A stretch of 64,000 nucleotides of DNA from Candidatus Eiseniibacteriota bacterium. Its GTDB lineage: Bacteria > Eisenbacteria > RBG-16-71-46. The stretch lies in assembly GCA_963717935.1 (NCBI GenBank), contig CAVQXP010000003.1, positions 32,001-96,000 of the forward strand. Direction: 5' to 3'. Position 1 is the stretch's first letter. Each line of letters opens with the position of its first letter. The translations under genes and the position numbers were made by a program. Below the pieces are notes generated by a model. It was not told where the DNA came from, did no database searches, and worked only from the letters and a program-made list of their open reading frames with translations. Shown piece after piece: positions 1 to 10,034 of this stretch.

Positions 1-562
1 GCTCGACGCGAACGCGCGCGCTCGTTTCGCGCTCGAGCACGGTGCCGACCCCGCGCGGTTCGAGCTCGAGACTCCGGCCCGGCGCGCGGTGCTGGACTCG
101 TCCTGGATGGCCTTCCAGCGCGCGCAGGTCACGGCCATCGTGCGCGGCGTGCGGGACTCGCTCGCGCGCAGCCGTCCGGGTCTGGCGCTCAGCGCCGCCG
201 TGGTGGCGGACACGATCTCGGCCGAGCGGCGGCATGCGCAGGAGTGGCGCGCCTGGGTGCGCGAGGGCCTGGTCGATCGCGTTTTCGTGATGTGCTACGC
301 GCCCGGGGTGCAGACCGTGCTCAGCCAGATGCTGGCCTATTCATCCGAGTCGGGCACGGGGCGCGTGGTGCCCGGGATCGCGGTCTTCAACTCGACCGCC
401 GCGGCGACCGCCGCCAAGATCAAGGGAGCGAACGAGCTCGGCTACCGCACGCTCGCGCTCTATTCCTACGATTCCCTCGACGAGCGCCCCGGCTACTGGG
501 ACGCGCTCGCCGCCTTCCTCGGGGCGCCGCCTGCGGCGGCCCCGCCCATGGGGTCACGATGA
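1..562 (+). CDS. GHL10/DUF187 (YddW/DigH-like) glycoside hydrolase, C-terminal part (5' end outside window)
   Basis: Frame is open from the window start. Motifs 'LSAAV', '[20 protein letters not shown]' and 'LALYSY' fit the GHL10 C-terminal barrel. ATGA overlap with typA. Confidence 0.7.
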   Translation, partial: LDANARARFALEHGADPARFELETPARRAVLDSSWMAFQRAQVTAIVRGVRDSLARSRPGLALSAAVVADTISAERRHAQEWRAWVREGLVDRVFVMCYAPGVQTVLSQMLAYSSESGTGRVVPGIAVFNSTAAATAAKIKGANELGYRTLALYSYDSLDERPGYWDALAAFLGAPPAAAPPMGSR

Positions 563-2430
563 CCAATCCAGCGAAGCCGCGCGACGAGCGCGGCAAGACC
601 CCGGACGCCGGCCCGGCCGTGCGCGAGGATCTCCGCAACATCGCCATCATCGCTCACGTGGACCACGGCAAGACCACGCTCGTGGATGCCATGCTCTGGC
701 AGAGCGGCGTGTTCCGCGAGAACCAGGAAGTGGTGGAGCGGGTGATGGACTCGAACGACCTGGAGCGCGAGAAGGGCATCACCATCCTCGCCAAGAACAC
801 CGCCGTGCGTTTCGGATCCACGAAGATCAACATCGTGGACACGCCGGGGCACGCCGACTTCGGCGGCGAGGTGGAACGCACCCTCAAGATGGTGGACGGC
901 GTGCTGCTGCTGGTGGACGCCAGCGAGGGCCCGCTGCCGCAGACGCGCTTCGTGTTGCGCAAGGCCCTGGAACTGGGCCTGCCACCGATCGTGGTCATCA
1001 ACAAGATCGACCGGAAGGACGCGCGCCCGCAGGAGGTGCTGAGCGAGGTGTACGACCTGTTCATCGACCTCGATGCCTCCGACGAGCAACTCGATTTCCC
1101 GGTGCTCTACACCATCGCCCGTGAGGGCATCTGCAGGCTCACGCCGGATGGCGAGGATCTCCCGCTCAAGCCCCTGTTCGACGAGATCCTGCGCACCATC
1201 CCGGCGCCCTGCTACGACCCCGAGATGCCGCTGCAGATGCTGGTCCTGAACCTCGACTACTCCGACTACGTGGGGCGCCTGGCGATCGGGCGCATCGTGA
1301 ACGGACACGTGTCGGCGCGCCAGGACGTGGCGCTCGTGAGGGTCGACGGGCGGGCCGAGCGGGCGCGGGTGACGAACCTCTACGCGTTCGAGGGCCTCGA
1401 GCGGGCCGAGGTCGAGACGGCGGGGCCGGGCGACATCGTGGCGCTGGCAGGTTTCTCCGAGGTCAACATCGGCGAGACCATCACCGACGCCGAGGATCCG
1501 CGGCCCCTGCCGCACGTCGTCATCGACGAGCCCACGGTGAGCATGATGTTCCAGGTCAACACCTCGCCCTTCGCGGGCCAGGAAGGCCGCTACGTCACCT
1601 CGCGCAACCTCAAGGAGCGGCTCGAGCGCGAACTGCTGATCAACGTGAGTCTGCGGATCGAGCCGGGCGATGCACCGGACGTCTTCAAGGTCTCGGGACG
1701 CGGCGAGTTCCAGATGGCCATCCTCATCGAGATGATGCGGCGCGAGGGCTACGAACTGGCGGCCAGCAAGCCCGAGGTCATCACGCGCGAGATCGACGGT
1801 GCGCGGCACGAGCCGGTCGAGAAGCTCGTCATCGACTGTCCGGAGGAATACGTCGGCGTGGTGACGCAGAAGATGGGCACCCGCCGCGGCCGCATGACCA
1901 ACATGGTCAACCACGGCACCGGGCGCGTGCGTCTCGAGTTCCGGATCCCTTCGCGGGGCCTCATCGGCTTCCGCAACCAGTTCCTGACGGACACGCGCGG
2001 CACGGGTCTCCTGAACCACCTGTTCGACGGCTACGAGCCGTGGGCCGGGGAGATCCCGCACCGCGTGACCGGGGCGCTGGTCGCTGACCGCCCCGGCAAG
2101 GTCACGGCCTATGCGCTGGAGCACGTCCAGGACCGCGGTGAGATGTTCGTCGAGCCGGGCGAGCGCGTCTACGAGGGCATGATCGTGGGCGAGAACACGC
2201 GCGAGGAGGACATCGACGTCAACATCGTGAAGGAGAAGAAGCTCACCAACATGCGGTCCTCCACCGCCGATGAGGGCGTGCACCTCTTCCCGGTGCACCG
2301 GAAATCGCTCGAGCAGGCGCTCGAATGGGTCCGCGAGGACGAGTTGCTCGAGGTCACGCCCGACAGCCTCAGGATGCGCAAGCGCGTCCTGCAGGCGGTC
2401 CAGCGCCCCAAGTACTGGCAAAAGGGGTAG
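559..2430 (+). CDS. typA: Translational GTPase TypA/BipA
   Basis: [45 protein letters not shown], and C-terminal KKLTNMR...LLEVTP. Confidence 0.97.
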   Translation: MTNPAKPRDERGKTPDAGPAVREDLRNIAIIAHVDHGKTTLVDAMLWQSGVFRENQEVVERVMDSNDLEREKGITILAKNTAVRFGSTKINIVDTPGHADFGGEVERTLKMVDGVLLLVDASEGPLPQTRFVLRKALELGLPPIVVINKIDRKDARPQEVLSEVYDLFIDLDASDEQLDFPVLYTIAREGICRLTPDGEDLPLKPLFDEILRTIPAPCYDPEMPLQMLVLNLDYSDYVGRLAIGRIVNGHVSARQDVALVRVDGRAERARVTNLYAFEGLERAEVETAGPGDIVALAGFSEVNIGETITDAEDPRPLPHVVIDEPTVSMMFQVNTSPFAGQEGRYVTSRNLKERLERELLINVSLRIEPGDAPDVFKVSGRGEFQMAILIEMMRREGYELAASKPEVITREIDGARHEPVEKLVIDCPEEYVGVVTQKMGTRRGRMTNMVNHGTGRVRLEFRIPSRGLIGFRNQFLTDTRGTGLLNHLFDGYEPWAGEIPHRVTGALVADRPGKVTAYALEHVQDRGEMFVEPGERVYEGMIVGENTREEDIDVNIVKEKKLTNMRSSTADEGVHLFPVHRKSLEQALEWVREDELLEVTPDSLRMRKRVLQAVQRPKYWQKG

Positions 2431-2451
2431 GTCTGTAGAGTGCAGGATGCT

Positions 2452-2497
2452 GGCGACGAGGACCGTGGCTGACGAAGCCGCGGTCCTCGTCGCCTTT
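2452..2497 (+). terminator. Intrinsic terminator-like hairpin after typA
   Basis: 19-bp stem GGCGACGAGGACCGTGGCT / AGCCGCGGTCCTCGTCGCC followed by TTT. Confidence 0.75.
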
Positions 2498-2552
2498 CAG
2501 AACGCCAGCTCGAGCTTGCGGCGCCGGGGGTTGGCGATCCCCCGTGTGTCGA

Positions 2553-2730
2553 TCATCCCGCGGTAGCACTCCCGCCACGACTCCGGTGGCGTGGCTCGCG
2601 CGGGGAAGGGCCGGCCAGCAGCCCGCGCGAGATCTCCTCTCGCTCGGGAGGCGACAGGCGGAGCGCCGACCGTGGCTCCGCCCTGGGCCTCACCCCGCCG
2701 GTCTCCGCCGGCCGCCGCCGCACGGACCTG
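2553..2730 (-). pseudogene. IS30-family transposase N-terminal remnant
   Basis: Minus-strand peptide GGVRPRAEPRSALRLSPPEREEISRGLLAG resembles the IS30 'GG.RP..R.RS.L.L...EREEISRG' HTH start. No DDE domain follows. Confidence 0.6.
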
Positions 2731-3026
2731 GACGGACATCCCCCAGTCGTGGCCGCGGCTTCGCAGGTCTCGCCCACACGCAGGGATGTCGGCCGCTGTG
2801 ACGATTGCTCCGGCTGGAGCGTCCGGGGCGTCGCACCCAATCCGTGCAATCGACTGCCCCGCAGCGGACTCAGGCGATGGCCCTCGCGTGGTGCGGAGCT
2901 TGCGTTTGTCTGGACAGTGAGCGGTTCATCAATGCCCAAAGGGAGGATTCTACGGAAAGGTTCAGCCACTTTGCGGTAGAGGAAGGTCCACCGAAGCCAC
3001 AGACGACACCCAAAGGGAGGTTCCTC

Positions 3027-4001
3027 GTGAAGCGTTCGGCCGCTTTGAAGTGCCTGGCAGTTCTGGCTGCAAGCATGATGCTCTGGGGGTGTTCCAGCAA
3101 GCCAACCAGTATTGTCGGCAGCACGATTGGCAAGTCGGCTGCCTCCGTCACAAAGGGCGCTCCTTCCGCCTACGGCAACTGCCTGTCCATGCCCGTGGTC
3201 TGGGCCGAGGGCCATGGCCTGACCGGCGAGGACTGCGCCCACCTCACCGGACTCCGGGGCACCTATGGCGTCGAATCCTTTATCGCTCCCTACGACGCCA
3301 CGCTCATCGACGGTCTTCCGGTATACCGCAATCCCTCGGTCAACGAGTGGCAGGCCGAATCGGTGGACGGCACCACCCTGGGCGAGATCGGCGTCAAGAT
3401 CGACTGGGCCGACAACCTGACCCGCCAGACCTGGACCGAGAGGTCCAAGATCCGGGTCGAAGTCGTGCTGTTCGAGGATCTGGCCACGCCGCTCAAGGGC
3501 TATAACATGTATTCGCTGGGCGGCACCCAGCTGAACGAGGTCTTCGTCACCAATACCGCCACCTATGCCGCTACCACGGCCACCGTCTATTCGAATGTCG
3601 CCCGGCTGAAGATCGAGAAGCTGGATGACAAGGACGGGAGCCCGGTGCTGCTGGTATATGACAGCCCGGTTTACGAAAGGTACTTCGTGGATGGTCCGGT
3701 TGACGCCTATTCGGCCGAAGTCAACATGGGCGGCAAGTGCATCTACGGCTTCAACTGGGACGTCCGCACCGTGGCCGCCATCGAGAAGTCGGGCTGGTAT
3801 CGCCTGACCTTCAGTCTGGATGCCCTGGCCAGCTACGTGGACGCCGACGGCGTGGCGCAGACCTATAGCCGCAACACGAGGCTGAACAACCTGGATCCCC
3901 TGGACCTGTTCGGCGCCAACGTGCCCGAGGTCGTGCTGTATCAGCCGGCCCTGGCCGCGGACGGCTATGCCAGCACGCTCGATATCTACGTGAAGAAATA
4001 G
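3027..4001 (+). CDS. Hypothetical lipoprotein
   Basis: GTG start after GGGAGG. Signal peptide with lipobox LWG-C. Visibly more T-ending codons than neighbouring genes. Confidence 0.8.
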   Translation: MKRSAALKCLAVLAASMMLWGCSSKPTSIVGSTIGKSAASVTKGAPSAYGNCLSMPVVWAEGHGLTGEDCAHLTGLRGTYGVESFIAPYDATLIDGLPVYRNPSVNEWQAESVDGTTLGEIGVKIDWADNLTRQTWTERSKIRVEVVLFEDLATPLKGYNMYSLGGTQLNEVFVTNTATYAATTATVYSNVARLKIEKLDDKDGSPVLLVYDSPVYERYFVDGPVDAYSAEVNMGGKCIYGFNWDVRTVAAIEKSGWYRLTFSLDALASYVDADGVAQTYSRNTRLNNLDPLDLFGANVPEVVLYQPALAADGYASTLDIYVKK

Positions 4002-4037
4002 CCTTCGCAGGAAGAGCGCATCAGGACAGGAAGTCAT

Positions 4038-4076
4038 GGAGAGGGACGGCGTCGGCTGTCCCTCTCCTTGTTGTTT
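4038..4076 (+). terminator. Intrinsic terminator of the lipoprotein gene
   Basis: Stem GGAGAGGGACGGC-gtcg-GCTGTCCCTCTCC followed by TTGTTGTTT. Confidence 0.85.
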
Positions 4077-4077
4077 G

Positions 4078-4307
4078 GCACGCCCGCCACGGGCGCCGAC
4101 CTGGAGGGGGAAGTCCTCCGAGGACTCGGTCACGGGGACTCGAGGGAACCGCAAGGGCGCGACCGCGAGGGAGCGTCCGCAGGAGGCGGGAAGCGAACCG
4201 ACGGGCCGGCGAACGGAGATCGGGTGCGCGGCGACACCGACGCGGCGAGCGGGCCGACGGCCGCGAAGTTCCTGTGATCAAAGGGCGTCGGCGCGAGTCC
4301 GGAGGAG
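4078..4307 (+). mobile_element. Degenerate 5' fragment (domain I) of a group IIC intron; no RT ORF or domain V seen
   Basis: Ordered matches to class IIC motifs: GCACGCCCGCCACGGGCG (cf. GTGCGCCCGGCATGGG), GGGGAAGTCC, AACCGCAAGGGCG, GAACGGAGATC, GGCGAGCGGGC..CGAAG. It lies immediately after an intrinsic terminator. Confidence 0.65.
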
Positions 4308-4465
4308 TCAGCCAGGGCCCTGGCAGCAGGTGACGGCGAAGGGCCGACCGGAGGGGGTGCGAGCCCGTGGGGAACACCGGCCCACGTCCCCAATTCCGCC
4401 TCAAGCGCGGCGGCCCGGCAGCCGATGATGGTAAGGCGGTTACCAACCCCTTACCCCGGTGAGAC

Positions 4466-7400
4466 ATGGACTCTGAGAATCAGCCCACACGGATGCGGTC
4501 TGACGGACGGGAGGCTTCGGCGTTCCCGGACGCCACGCCTCCCGAGACGGACGCTGCCAGCTTCCTGCTTGGCCGGGGGGCCCGCTTCCACCGTGACTCC
4601 CGGCGCATCGCCGCGGGTCTCGCGGTGCTGGCCGTGCTCGCCGTCGTCTTGATCAACGTTGGCATCTACCAGAACGCCCAGAGTCACCTCGTCCGCCAGC
4701 GCTGGGACCAGCTCGTCAGCAACACCGACGTCCGCCGTGACCAGGTCCGCGACCTGCTCGGGCGATTCACGAGCGAGGCGCGCTCCGTCGTGGAGCAGCC
4801 CCAGACCCGGGCGGCGCTGCTCGCGCTCTCCGGCGGAATCCCGGCACCCGAGCGCGACCAGTTGCGCCGCGAGCTCGACCGCACGGGGACACTGTTCGGC
4901 TTCCACGCCGTCCGCGTGCTCGACGTCCAGGGCCGTCTGCTCCTGGAAGGTCGCTCGGCCGGGCAGCATGACGGTGAACGCTTCACGAACCTCGCGCGAG
5001 AGGCGACGGCCGCGACCGAGAACGAGCCCCTGGTCGTGGACGCCTGGCGGGAGAGGACCGGCCAGGAGGCCATGACCCTCGCCCTCCCCGTGCGGACTCC
5101 GGAGGGGCGCACGGCCGCGGTCGTCGAGTTCGAGATCCACGCGGAAGACATGCTCCTGCCGTTGCTCACCCGCTGGCCGGGTTTCGGACCCTCCGCTGGC
5201 GCCTATCTGGTGCGCAAGCAGGGCACGGAGATCCAGTACCTGACGTCGCCCCCCGCGGGGTCCGGACTGAAGGTGGGCGATCGCGTGCCGGAATCGTCGC
5301 TGGACGCCCGCACCGCGGCCATGGCGGTCGAGGGCGTCGAGTCGCACATCGTGCTGCCGGACCGGGCTGGGAAGCTCCAGGCGGTGGTGACGCGCTACAT
5401 GCCCAGCGTGGGCTGGGGACTCGTCGGGCAGGCCGACTACGCCGAGCTTGCGCAGGGCATGGGTGTCGCGATCTACGGGCTGCTGGCGTTCGACCTTGTC
5501 CTGCTCATGCTGAGCGCGTCGGCCTTCTGGTTCTGGCGCCGTCAGTACAAGTCCGGGCTGGCGCAGCGCGAGATGGAGGTCACCCGGCGCCACGCCGACC
5601 GCGTGCGGGCCGTATTCGACACCGCGTTCGACGCCATCGTCACCTTCGATCGCGATGGTCATGTCCGCTCCGTGAACCGCGCGGCCCAGAGCCTGTTCGG
5701 CCGCCCGTCGACCGAGCTGGACGGGCGGCCCATCCACCGCTTCCTGCGGTGGGGCGTGGACGATCAGCCGACGAAGGAATTGCCCGCCATCGGCACCGTG
5801 ATCCGGGCCGAGGCGCTGCGCGCCGGCGGCAGCACCTGCCCGGTCGAGTTCGCGCTGGGCAGCTCCGGCGAGGACGAGGACCTGCTCTATTCGGCCATCG
5901 TGCACGACATCAGCCGACGGGTCGAGAGCGAGCGGCGCATCGAGGAGTTCGCCGAGGGGCTCGAGGTCAGCAATCGCCGGCTCGAGGAGCTGAATGCCCA
6001 GCTCGAAGAGGCGTCGCGGCTCAAGAGCGAGTTCCTCGCGAACACGTCGCACGAGCTGCGCACGCCGCTCAACGGGATGATCGGGTTCCTTCAGCTCGTC
6101 CTGGACGGCATGTGCGATTCGCCGGAGGAGGAGCGCGACTTCCAGCGCCAGGCGCTGGAGTGCTCGCGGCACCTGCTGGGACTCATCAACGACGTGCTGG
6201 ACATCGCCAAGATCGAGGCCGGCAAGCTCAGCCTCGAGATCACGCCGGTGGACCCGAGCGCGTTGTTCGACGAGGTCTACACCCTGACCCACGTCCAGGC
6301 CGCCCAGAAGGGCATCCGGCTCGCGTTCGAGCCGCCGGAGACGGGCGATCTGCGGCTGCGCGGCGACTTCGGAAAGATCAAGCAGGTCCTCATCAACCTG
6401 GTAGGGAACAGCCTCAAGTTCACCCCCAAGGGCTCGATCACGGTGCGTGCCGTGCCGCACGTGGACCTCGGTCACTGCATGATCGAGGTCGCGGACACCG
6501 GCATCGGCATCCCCGCGGACCGCCAGAAGGTCATCTTCGAGAAGTTCACACAGGCCGATGGCAGCACGACCCGCAAGTACGGCGGCACCGGCCTGGGCCT
6601 GGCGATCACGCGCAGCCTGGTCGAGCTCATGGGTGGCATCATCGGCGTGAAGAGCGAGGGCACCGGCAAGGGCTCGCGCATGTACTTCTCGCTGCCGCTG
6701 TGGAACGAGGAGGAGGAGGAGCGGCCCGCCAGGGAGGAGCACACCGACCGCATCGAGGGCCCCGTGGGCGGCCAGCTCGTGCTGATCGTCGAGGATGACG
6801 CCGTGTTCCGTCGCTTCCTCACCGTCCTGCTCCACGGGCACGGCTACCGCACGGTGGAGGCCCGCAGCGCCGAGAGCGGCTGGGTGCTGGCGCGGCGCCT
6901 GCGGCCTTCCGTGATCATCCTGGACTACGCCCTGGCCTGTGCCGAGAACGCCAACCTGCGCACCGGCTGGGATCTGGCGGAGCGCCTGACCTCGGACTCG
7001 AAGACGCGGCACATCCCGCTGGTCTTCGTGACCGGCTTCGAAGGCGAGCTGCGGGAGAAGCTCAAGGCCACCGCCTTCGCGCGGCAGCCCGTGCACCTCA
7101 TGAAACCGGTCGAGGGCAGCGTGCTGGTCTCGCGGATCCAGGAGCTGGTCGGCTCGACCGAGGGGCGCATCGTGCGCCTGCTGATGGCCGACGACGACCC
7201 GGCCGTGGGCGCCTATATCCGCAAGATCCTGCCCGACGATCGCTTCCACATCGAGCTGGCCACGAACGGAGAGGAGTGCCTGCACGCGCTGCGCACCCAG
7301 CCGCGTGGCTTCGACCTGCTGCTGCTCGACCTGATGATGCCGGAGGTCAGCGGCTTCGACGTGCTGCGCGAGATGACGCTTGCCGGGCTCGCCCCCGACC

Positions 7401-7624
7401 TGCCCGTGCTCGTGCTCACCAACTTCCCCGAGGGGCACAACGAGGACGAGCGCCGCCTGCTGGAACAGGGGCTGGTGCTCGACGTGCTGCCGAAGACCGC
7501 GGTGCACGAGAACCCGCAATTGCTGCCGCACATCATCAACTGGCACCTGCAGGTGTCGGCCGAGGGGCGGGGGCCGGACGGAGAGCCCGGGACGGACGCC
7601 GAGCAGCCGCGGGAGGCCGCATGA
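4466..7624 (+). CDS. Membrane hybrid sensor histidine kinase (Cache-like sensor, PAS, HisKA, HATPase, two receiver domains)
   Basis: Two TM segments, FLANTSHELRTPLN, NLVGNSLKFT, DTGIGI, GGTGLGL, and two REC domains. Confidence 0.93.
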   Translation: MDSENQPTRMRSDGREASAFPDATPPETDAASFLLGRGARFHRDSRRIAAGLAVLAVLAVVLINVGIYQNAQSHLVRQRWDQLVSNTDVRRDQVRDLLGRFTSEARSVVEQPQTRAALLALSGGIPAPERDQLRRELDRTGTLFGFHAVRVLDVQGRLLLEGRSAGQHDGERFTNLAREATAATENEPLVVDAWRERTGQEAMTLALPVRTPEGRTAAVVEFEIHAEDMLLPLLTRWPGFGPSAGAYLVRKQGTEIQYLTSPPAGSGLKVGDRVPESSLDARTAAMAVEGVESHIVLPDRAGKLQAVVTRYMPSVGWGLVGQADYAELAQGMGVAIYGLLAFDLVLLMLSASAFWFWRRQYKSGLAQREMEVTRRHADRVRAVFDTAFDAIVTFDRDGHVRSVNRAAQSLFGRPSTELDGRPIHRFLRWGVDDQPTKELPAIGTVIRAEALRAGGSTCPVEFALGSSGEDEDLLYSAIVHDISRRVESERRIEEFAEGLEVSNRRLEELNAQLEEASRLKSEFLANTSHELRTPLNGMIGFLQLVLDGMCDSPEEERDFQRQALECSRHLLGLINDVLDIAKIEAGKLSLEITPVDPSALFDEVYTLTHVQAAQKGIRLAFEPPETGDLRLRGDFGKIKQVLINLVGNSLKFTPKGSITVRAVPHVDLGHCMIEVADTGIGIPADRQKVIFEKFTQADGSTTRKYGGTGLGLAITRSLVELMGGIIGVKSEGTGKGSRMYFSLPLWNEEEEERPAREEHTDRIEGPVGGQLVLIVEDDAVFRRFLTVLLHGHGYRTVEARSAESGWVLARRLRPSVIILDYALACAENANLRTGWDLAERLTSDSKTRHIPLVFVTGFEGELREKLKATAFARQPVHLMKPVEGSVLVSRIQELVGSTEGRIVRLLMADDDPAVGAYIRKILPDDRFHIELATNGEECLHALRTQPRGFDLLLLDLMMPEVSGFDVLREMTLAGLAPDLPVLVLTNFPEGHNEDERRLLEQGLVLDVLPKTAVHENPQLLPHIINWHLQVSAEGRGPDGEPGTDAEQPREAA

Positions 7625-8022
7625 GGCGCGTCCTGGTGGTCGAGGATGATGCGCACAGCGCGGTGCTCTTCCGGAAGCTGCTCGAGAAGCGCTGTGACTG
7701 CGAGGTCACGGTGACGGAGTCGGTGGAGGAGATCCTGAGGCTCTGCCGCGAGGGCGTCGTCGAGCTGGTCGTCATGGATGTCTCGCTCAACAACTCGCGC
7801 TGGGAGAACCGCGCCGTCAGCGGCGTGGAGATCTGCCGGCTGCTCAAGCGGGACCCGGCGACGGCGCACATCCCGGTGGTGCTGGCGACGGCCCACGCCA
7901 TGCGCGGAGACGCCGAAACGCTGATGACCGAGAGCGGCGCCAACGACTACGTCGCCAAGCCGATCGTCGACCACGGAGAGTTCGTGAGGCGCATCGAGGC
8001 CTGTCTGCCGGAGGCCGCGTGA
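7621..8022 (+). CDS. Single-domain response regulator (DivK/CheY-like)
   Basis: ATGA overlap with the kinase. VLVVEDD, VVMDV, TAHAMRGD, YVAKPI. Confidence 0.9.
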   Translation: MRRVLVVEDDAHSAVLFRKLLEKRCDCEVTVTESVEEILRLCREGVVELVVMDVSLNNSRWENRAVSGVEICRLLKRDPATAHIPVVLATAHAMRGDAETLMTESGANDYVAKPIVDHGEFVRRIEACLPEAA

Positions 8023-8672
8023 AGCCCGTCGCGGAGATCAAGATCCTGGTGGTCGAGGACGACCCGTTCTTCCAGCGCGTCCTGACCAAACGCCTGCTGG
8101 CCGAGGGTTACCAGGTGTTCTCCGCCAGCGATGGCCGGGATGGCATGAAGGCCATCGTGTCGTTCGAGCCCGACCTGGTCATCTCCGACTGGATGATGCC
8201 CGAGGTGGACGGGCTCGAGCTGTGCCAGTCGGTCAAGACCGGCCTCAAGGAGGCCGCGCCCTACTTCATCCTGCTCACGGCCAAGGGCGAGATCAGCAAC
8301 AAGCTGCTGGCACTGGACACCGGTGCGGACGACTACCTGGTGAAGCCCTGCGACCAGGGCGAGCTCATGGCGCGCGTGCGCGCCGGCCTGCGCATCGTGC
8401 TCCTCGCCCAGGAGCTGCGCGCCACCGTCGAGGATCTGCACGTCGCGAACGCCGAGTTGCAGAGCGCGCGAGCCGAGGTCGACCGTCTCACCCACGAACT
8501 GCTGCCGATCTGCGCCTTCTGCCGGAAGGTGCGGGACGCCGAGGGGATGTGGCACTCCCTGGAGGAGTACGTCGCCCAGCGCACCCAGACGGACTTCACC
8601 CACGGGATCTGCCCCGCCTGCCGCGTCGAGCACTACCCCGCCGTCGCCCCGGAGACGCGCAAGAGCGCTTGA
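8019..8672 (+). CDS. Response regulator with C-terminal CxxC...HGICxxC domain
   Basis: REC domain (ISDWMMP, DDYLVKP), a coiled coil, then LPICAFCRKVRD...FTHGICPAC. Confidence 0.88.
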   Translation: MKPVAEIKILVVEDDPFFQRVLTKRLLAEGYQVFSASDGRDGMKAIVSFEPDLVISDWMMPEVDGLELCQSVKTGLKEAAPYFILLTAKGEISNKLLALDTGADDYLVKPCDQGELMARVRAGLRIVLLAQELRATVEDLHVANAELQSARAEVDRLTHELLPICAFCRKVRDAEGMWHSLEEYVAQRTQTDFTHGICPACRVEHYPAVAPETRKSA

Positions 8673-8750
8673 GCCTGAGGGACTCGCCCCGTGCGGGCGA
8701 GGTGAGGGGGGGGCGGCCGGGCCCCCGGCCGCGGCCTCTCAGCGCCCGGC

Positions 8751-8780
8751 TTGACCAGACCCGCCGACGCTCAGTAGACT
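8751..8780 (+). promoter_or_regulatory. Sigma70-type promoter of tRNA-Asn
   Basis: TTGACC-18 bp-TAGACT followed by a GC-rich discriminator. Confidence 0.65.
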
Positions 8781-8835
8781 GCTCCGCCTTGCTCGTCATC
8801 CAGAGGCCGTGTACGGGCCTCTTTTCGCACGTCGT

Positions 8836-8910
8836 TCCTCGGTAGCTCAACGGTAGAGCATCCGGCTGTTAACCGGAGGGTTGTAGGTTCGAATCCTACC
8901 CGAGGAGCCA
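8836..8910 (+). tRNA. tRNA-Asn (GTT)
   Basis: Full cloverleaf: acceptor TCCTCGG/CCGAGGA, anticodon arm TCCGG-CTGTTAA-CCGGA, GGTTCGAATCC, encoded CCA. Confidence 0.98.
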
Positions 8911-8914
8911 GATT

Positions 8915-8960
8915 CGAGAGCCCCCGCACCTTGATGAGGCGCGGGGGCTCTCGTCTTCTC
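8915..8960. terminator. Hairpin terminator between the tRNA and the convergent gene
   Basis: CGAGAGCCCCCGC ... GCGGGGGCTCTCG stem, then TCTTCT. Confidence 0.75.
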
Positions 8961-8993
8961 CCGTCCCGGGTCGTTTCCCGGTCGAGTCGGATC

Positions 8994-9941
8994 CTAGCTC
9001 TCGTCGAGCAGGCGCTTCTGCCCCGTGAGAGAACGGATCCCCGTGACGTCCTGCACGGTCTCGAGGCAGCCCCGATAGCGTCCGCCCCGGTCGCGCACGG
9101 GCCAGTAGCGGATGTGGAGCTTGCGCGGCCCCATGTCGATCCAGAACTCCGCCACTTCGCGCTTCCCGGCCTTGAAGTCGGCCAGGATCTGGTTCACGAC
9201 GTGCACGCTCTTCTGCGGATGGCAGTTCTGGACCTTCGCGCCGATCACGCCGCGCGTCCGCGGGAAGATCTTCTCGGACCGCTCGTGGCTGAAGTAGCGC
9301 ACGGTGTCGTCCTGGTCCACGAAGGACAGCTCGATGGGCAGCGTGTCGAGGATGGCCGCGAGCACGTCACGGTCGAGGCCGTGGGAGAGGTCCTTCAGTT
9401 CGCCGGCCTGGATCAGCTCCTCCGCCAGACGGTAGTAGTCCGCCCGCGTACTCGCGCCGAGACTCGCCTCGACCTGCTCGATGCCCCGGACGACGGCCGC
9501 GCCGTCGGCCTCGCTCATCGCGCGCGCGGCCATGGGGAAGAGGACGTCGCCCTCCTTCCAGTAGTGGTCCTTGCAGAGCGCCACGTACTCGCCGAACGTG
9601 CTGCGCAGCGCGCCCAGCTTCGAGGCGTCGCCGGCCGCGTAGGCCTCGACCAGGGGCTCGAGCTTCGCCAGCAGGCCGCGTGCGGCCTCGTGCTCCAGGA
9701 GCATGAGGCTGAGCGGGCCGCTTCCCCGGGGTATGCCGCGCTGCTCGGCGAGCGGGAAGAGGTGCTGCTCCTCCTTCTGGTTGTGGCAGCGGTCCACGTA
9801 GTTGCGCGCGTAGTCGAAGAGCTTCACGACCAGGCCGGGGGCCGGCCCCGAGGGGGAGGTGAAGGGCTTCTCCATGGCGGCGAAGACCTTCTCGGTCGTC
9901 TCGTGGTCACGCATCAACAGGCTCTGCCAGGTCTCGCCCAT
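8994..9941 (-). CDS. Hemerythrin-like domain plus PAS (PAS_10/DUF438-type) protein
   Basis: DH...HNQKEEQHLFP...EH...HYWKEGDVLFP, then LPIELSFVD...IFPRT..IGAKVQNCHP. Confidence 0.88.
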   Translation of the reverse strand: MGETWQSLLMRDHETTEKVFAAMEKPFTSPSGPAPGLVVKLFDYARNYVDRCHNQKEEQHLFPLAEQRGIPRGSGPLSLMLLEHEAARGLLAKLEPLVEAYAAGDASKLGALRSTFGEYVALCKDHYWKEGDVLFPMAARAMSEADGAAVVRGIEQVEASLGASTRADYYRLAEELIQAGELKDLSHGLDRDVLAAILDTLPIELSFVDQDDTVRYFSHERSEKIFPRTRGVIGAKVQNCHPQKSVHVVNQILADFKAGKREVAEFWIDMGPRKLHIRYWPVRDRGGRYRGCLETVQDVTGIRSLTGQKRLLDES

Positions 9942-10034
9942 CAGGACTTCCCCTTTCGTCGGATCCGGCGCTGCGCGGCCACGGCAGGGAACCGAAGCGG
10001 GGCCGGGCACGCCGCCGGCCCTGCGCTGCGGTCG

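Noticed and set aside
8836..8960. tRNA-Asn as an island integration site
   Set aside because: No integrase nearby and no duplicated tRNA 3' end seen in the window.
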